A DNA stretch of 63,362 bases, filler included, from Candidatus Rokuibacteriota bacterium (GTDB taxonomy: Bacteria > JAUVQV01 > DATDCY01), in assembly GCA_031406795.1 (NCBI GenBank). It is 7 parts of 7 records of this genome, joined end to end, with 100 filler letters (N's around TTAATTAATTAA, not from the genome) between each part and the next. Parts side by side here need not be neighbours in the genome. Positions count along the whole stretch, not along the records: positions 61,430 to 63,362 come from JANOHV010000229.1; 6 more parts are not named here. One strand, 5' to 3'. A program made the translations under genes and the position numbers. Within the stretch, counting starts at the first letter, position 1. Each line of letters begins with the position of its first letter. Positions 61,599 through 63,362 of this stretch are shown here, piece after piece. Below the pieces are notes generated by a model. It worked only from the letters and a program-made list of their open reading frames with translations, ran no database searches and was not told the origin of the DNA.

Positions 61599-63362
61599 GT
61601 GGACGACCTTCTCCTTACTCTCAAGACCACCTTCGGCTACGGCAGCTTCCATCCGCTGCAGCGCGAGATCATTGAGGCGTCCCTCGCCAACCGCGACGTT
61701 TTCGCCCTCCTGCCGACCGGTGGCGGCAAATCCCTCTGCTTCCAGCTCCCGGCCCTGTTGCGGCCGGGCCTGACCGTCGTGGTCTCGCCCCTCATCGCGT
61801 TGATGAAGGACCAGGTCGACCAGCTCCAGGCCGCGGGCGTCGCGGCCACCTATCTCAACTCCACCCTTGAGGCCGACGAGGCCCGCTCCCGCCTGGCCGG
61901 CCTGCACCGCGGCGAATGGCGGCTGCTCTATGTCGCCCCGGAGCGCCTGATGCTCGACAACTGGCAGGAGAACCTGAAGGCGTGGAACGTCACCGCCATC
62001 GCCATCGACGAGGCCCACTGCATTTCCGAGTGGGGCCACGATTTCCGCCCCGAGTACCGGCAGATCGCGAAGCTCCGCGACCTGCTCCCCGGCGTGCCCG
62101 TGATGGCCCTCACCGCCACCGCGACCGGCCGCGTCCGCACCGATATCATCAAACACCTCAAGCTGCACGACCCCGCGACCTTCGTCGCCAGCTTCAACCG
62201 CCCCAACCTCGCCTACCGCGTCATCCCCAAGGACCAGCCCGCGAAACAGATCATCGACTTCGTCCGCGCCCGCGAGACCGAGAGCGGCATCATCTACTGC
62301 GCCAGCCGCGCCACCGCCGAGCGGGTTGCCGAATCCCTCGCCGGCCGCGGCTTCCTCGCCCGCCCCTACCACGCCGGTCTCGATGCCGACACGCGCACCC
62401 GCAACCAGGACCTTTTCCTCCGGGACGAAACCCGCATCATCTGCGCGACCATCGCCTTCGGCATGGGCATCAACAAGCCCAACGTCCGCTGGATCATCCA
62501 CCACGACCTGCCCAAGAACATCGAGGGCTACTACCAGGAAACCGGCCGCGCCGGGCGCGACGGCCTGCCCGGGGACTGCCTCCTGCTCTTCAGCGCCGGC
62601 GACATCGCCAAGCAGACGCACTTCCTCGCCGAGATCACCGACGAGCACGAGCAGTCCGTCGCCCGCGCCCAGCTCCGCCAGATCGTGCACTATGCCGAAA
62701 GCGCCGGCTGCCGCCGCGCCGAACTCCTCGCCTACTTCGGCGAGAAATTCACGTCCGACAACTGCGGCGGCTGCGACAACTGCCTCGAGCCGCGCGAAAC
62801 CTACGATGGCACCGTCGTCGCGCAAAAATTCCTCTCCTGCGTCTACCGCATCGCCCAGCACGGCAGCTTCAGCGTCGGGATGAACCACCTCGTCGAGGTC
62901 CTCACCGGCGCCGACACCGAGAAAATCGCGCGCTGGGGCCATGACCGGCTCACGACCTACGGCATCGGCCGGGACCTGCCCCGCCCCGCCTGGGCCGCCA
63001 TCGGCCGCGAGCTGATGCGCCTCGGCTACCTCACCGTCGCCGCCGGCGAGTTCGCCACGCTCGAGCTCACGCCCGCGGGTCGCGAGGTGCTCCGCTCCCG
63101 CTCGCCCATCACGCTCACCAAGCCCATGGACCTGCCCAAGGCGAGGCGCGTCACCCGCCGCGAGGGCGACATCGCCTGCGACGAGATCCTCTTCGAGCAC
63201 CTCCGCGCCCTGCGCAAGCGTCTCGCCGACGAGCGCAAGGTCCCCGCCTATGTTGTCTTTGGCGACGCCACCCTCCGCGAGATGGCCCGCCGCTATCCCA
63301 CCCGCGTCGGCGAGATGGAAGGCATCACCGGCGTCGGCGAAAAGAAGCGCGCCGAGTTCGGC
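61599..63362 (+). CDS. recQ: ATP-dependent DNA helicase RecQ (runs off the window; absent from the supplied ORF track)
   Basis: Manual translation from GTG 61599 gives FGYGSF, LPTGGGKSLCFQ, DEAHCISEWGHDFRPEY, YYQETGRAGRDG, a Zn-binding CRR..CGGCDNC and the HRDC motif VPAYVVF. Confidence 0.95.
   Translation, partial: MDDLLLTLKTTFGYGSFHPLQREIIEASLANRDVFALLPTGGGKSLCFQLPALLRPGLTVVVSPLIALMKDQVDQLQAAGVAATYLNSTLEADEARSRLAGLHRGEWRLLYVAPERLMLDNWQENLKAWNVTAIAIDEAHCISEWGHDFRPEYRQIAKLRDLLPGVPVMALTATATGRVRTDIIKHLKLHDPATFVASFNRPNLAYRVIPKDQPAKQIIDFVRARETESGIIYCASRATAERVAESLAGRGFLARPYHAGLDADTRTRNQDLFLRDETRIICATIAFGMGINKPNVRWIIHHDLPKNIEGYYQETGRAGRDGLPGDCLLLFSAGDIAKQTHFLAEITDEHEQSVARAQLRQIVHYAESAGCRRAELLAYFGEKFTSDNCGGCDNCLEPRETYDGTVVAQKFLSCVYRIAQHGSFSVGMNHLVEVLTGADTEKIARWGHDRLTTYGIGRDLPRPAWAAIGRELMRLGYLTVAAGEFATLELTPAGREVLRSRSPITLTKPMDLPKARRVTRREGDIACDEILFEHLRALRKRLADERKVPAYVVFGDATLREMARRYPTRVGEMEGITGVGEKKRAEFG

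Overview
The window is not one continuous locus. It is seven GC-rich bacterial contigs joined by 100-nt artificial linkers (N44-TTAATTAATTAA-N44), so adjacency across a linker carries no biological meaning. Contig 1 (1-14768) is mostly housekeeping: class II aldolase, an NrtA-like binding protein, a di-haem cytochrome c, a K+ channel, an ArsR-TusA-DsrE2 sulfur-relay operon, UDG, cyclophilin, USP, a GlcD-like oxidase, a nitronate monooxygenase-like protein, a NifU-domain protein and a CsgG-like lipoprotein. Contig 2 (14869-24978) is a decayed accessory region. It centres on an intact 1965-aa secreted haem peroxidase with RTX, Ig-like and FG-GAP repeats, downstream of a sigma54-type promoter, among collapsed remnants of groEL, a glutamate-synthase-family gene, an MNT-HEPN pair and an IS91-like transposase. 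Contig 3 (25079-53611) carries methylmalonyl-CoA/propionate genes (pccB, mcm, prpE), an orphan Cys-rich exported protein, a type III-like res/mod locus split by toxin-antitoxin cassettes, a MoxR-Bat operon, a NarI-like/HdrD-like redox pair and pfkA. Contigs 4-7 are short (HI0933 flavoprotein, rtcB, a polytopic membrane protein, a TonB-receptor end, a Na+/solute symporter, recQ), and the last two may come from another organism. I found no rRNA, tRNA or CRISPR array. The most notable signals are repeated internal deletions that fuse distant gene segments (several at apparent microhomologies), the peroxidase locus that looks like a cassette swap, the res-TA-mod hotspot with REP-like repeats translated inside the methylase, and the orphan 666-aa protein. 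None is established as a new system. All family calls come from motifs recognised by eye, not from database searches, and GC statements are visual estimates.
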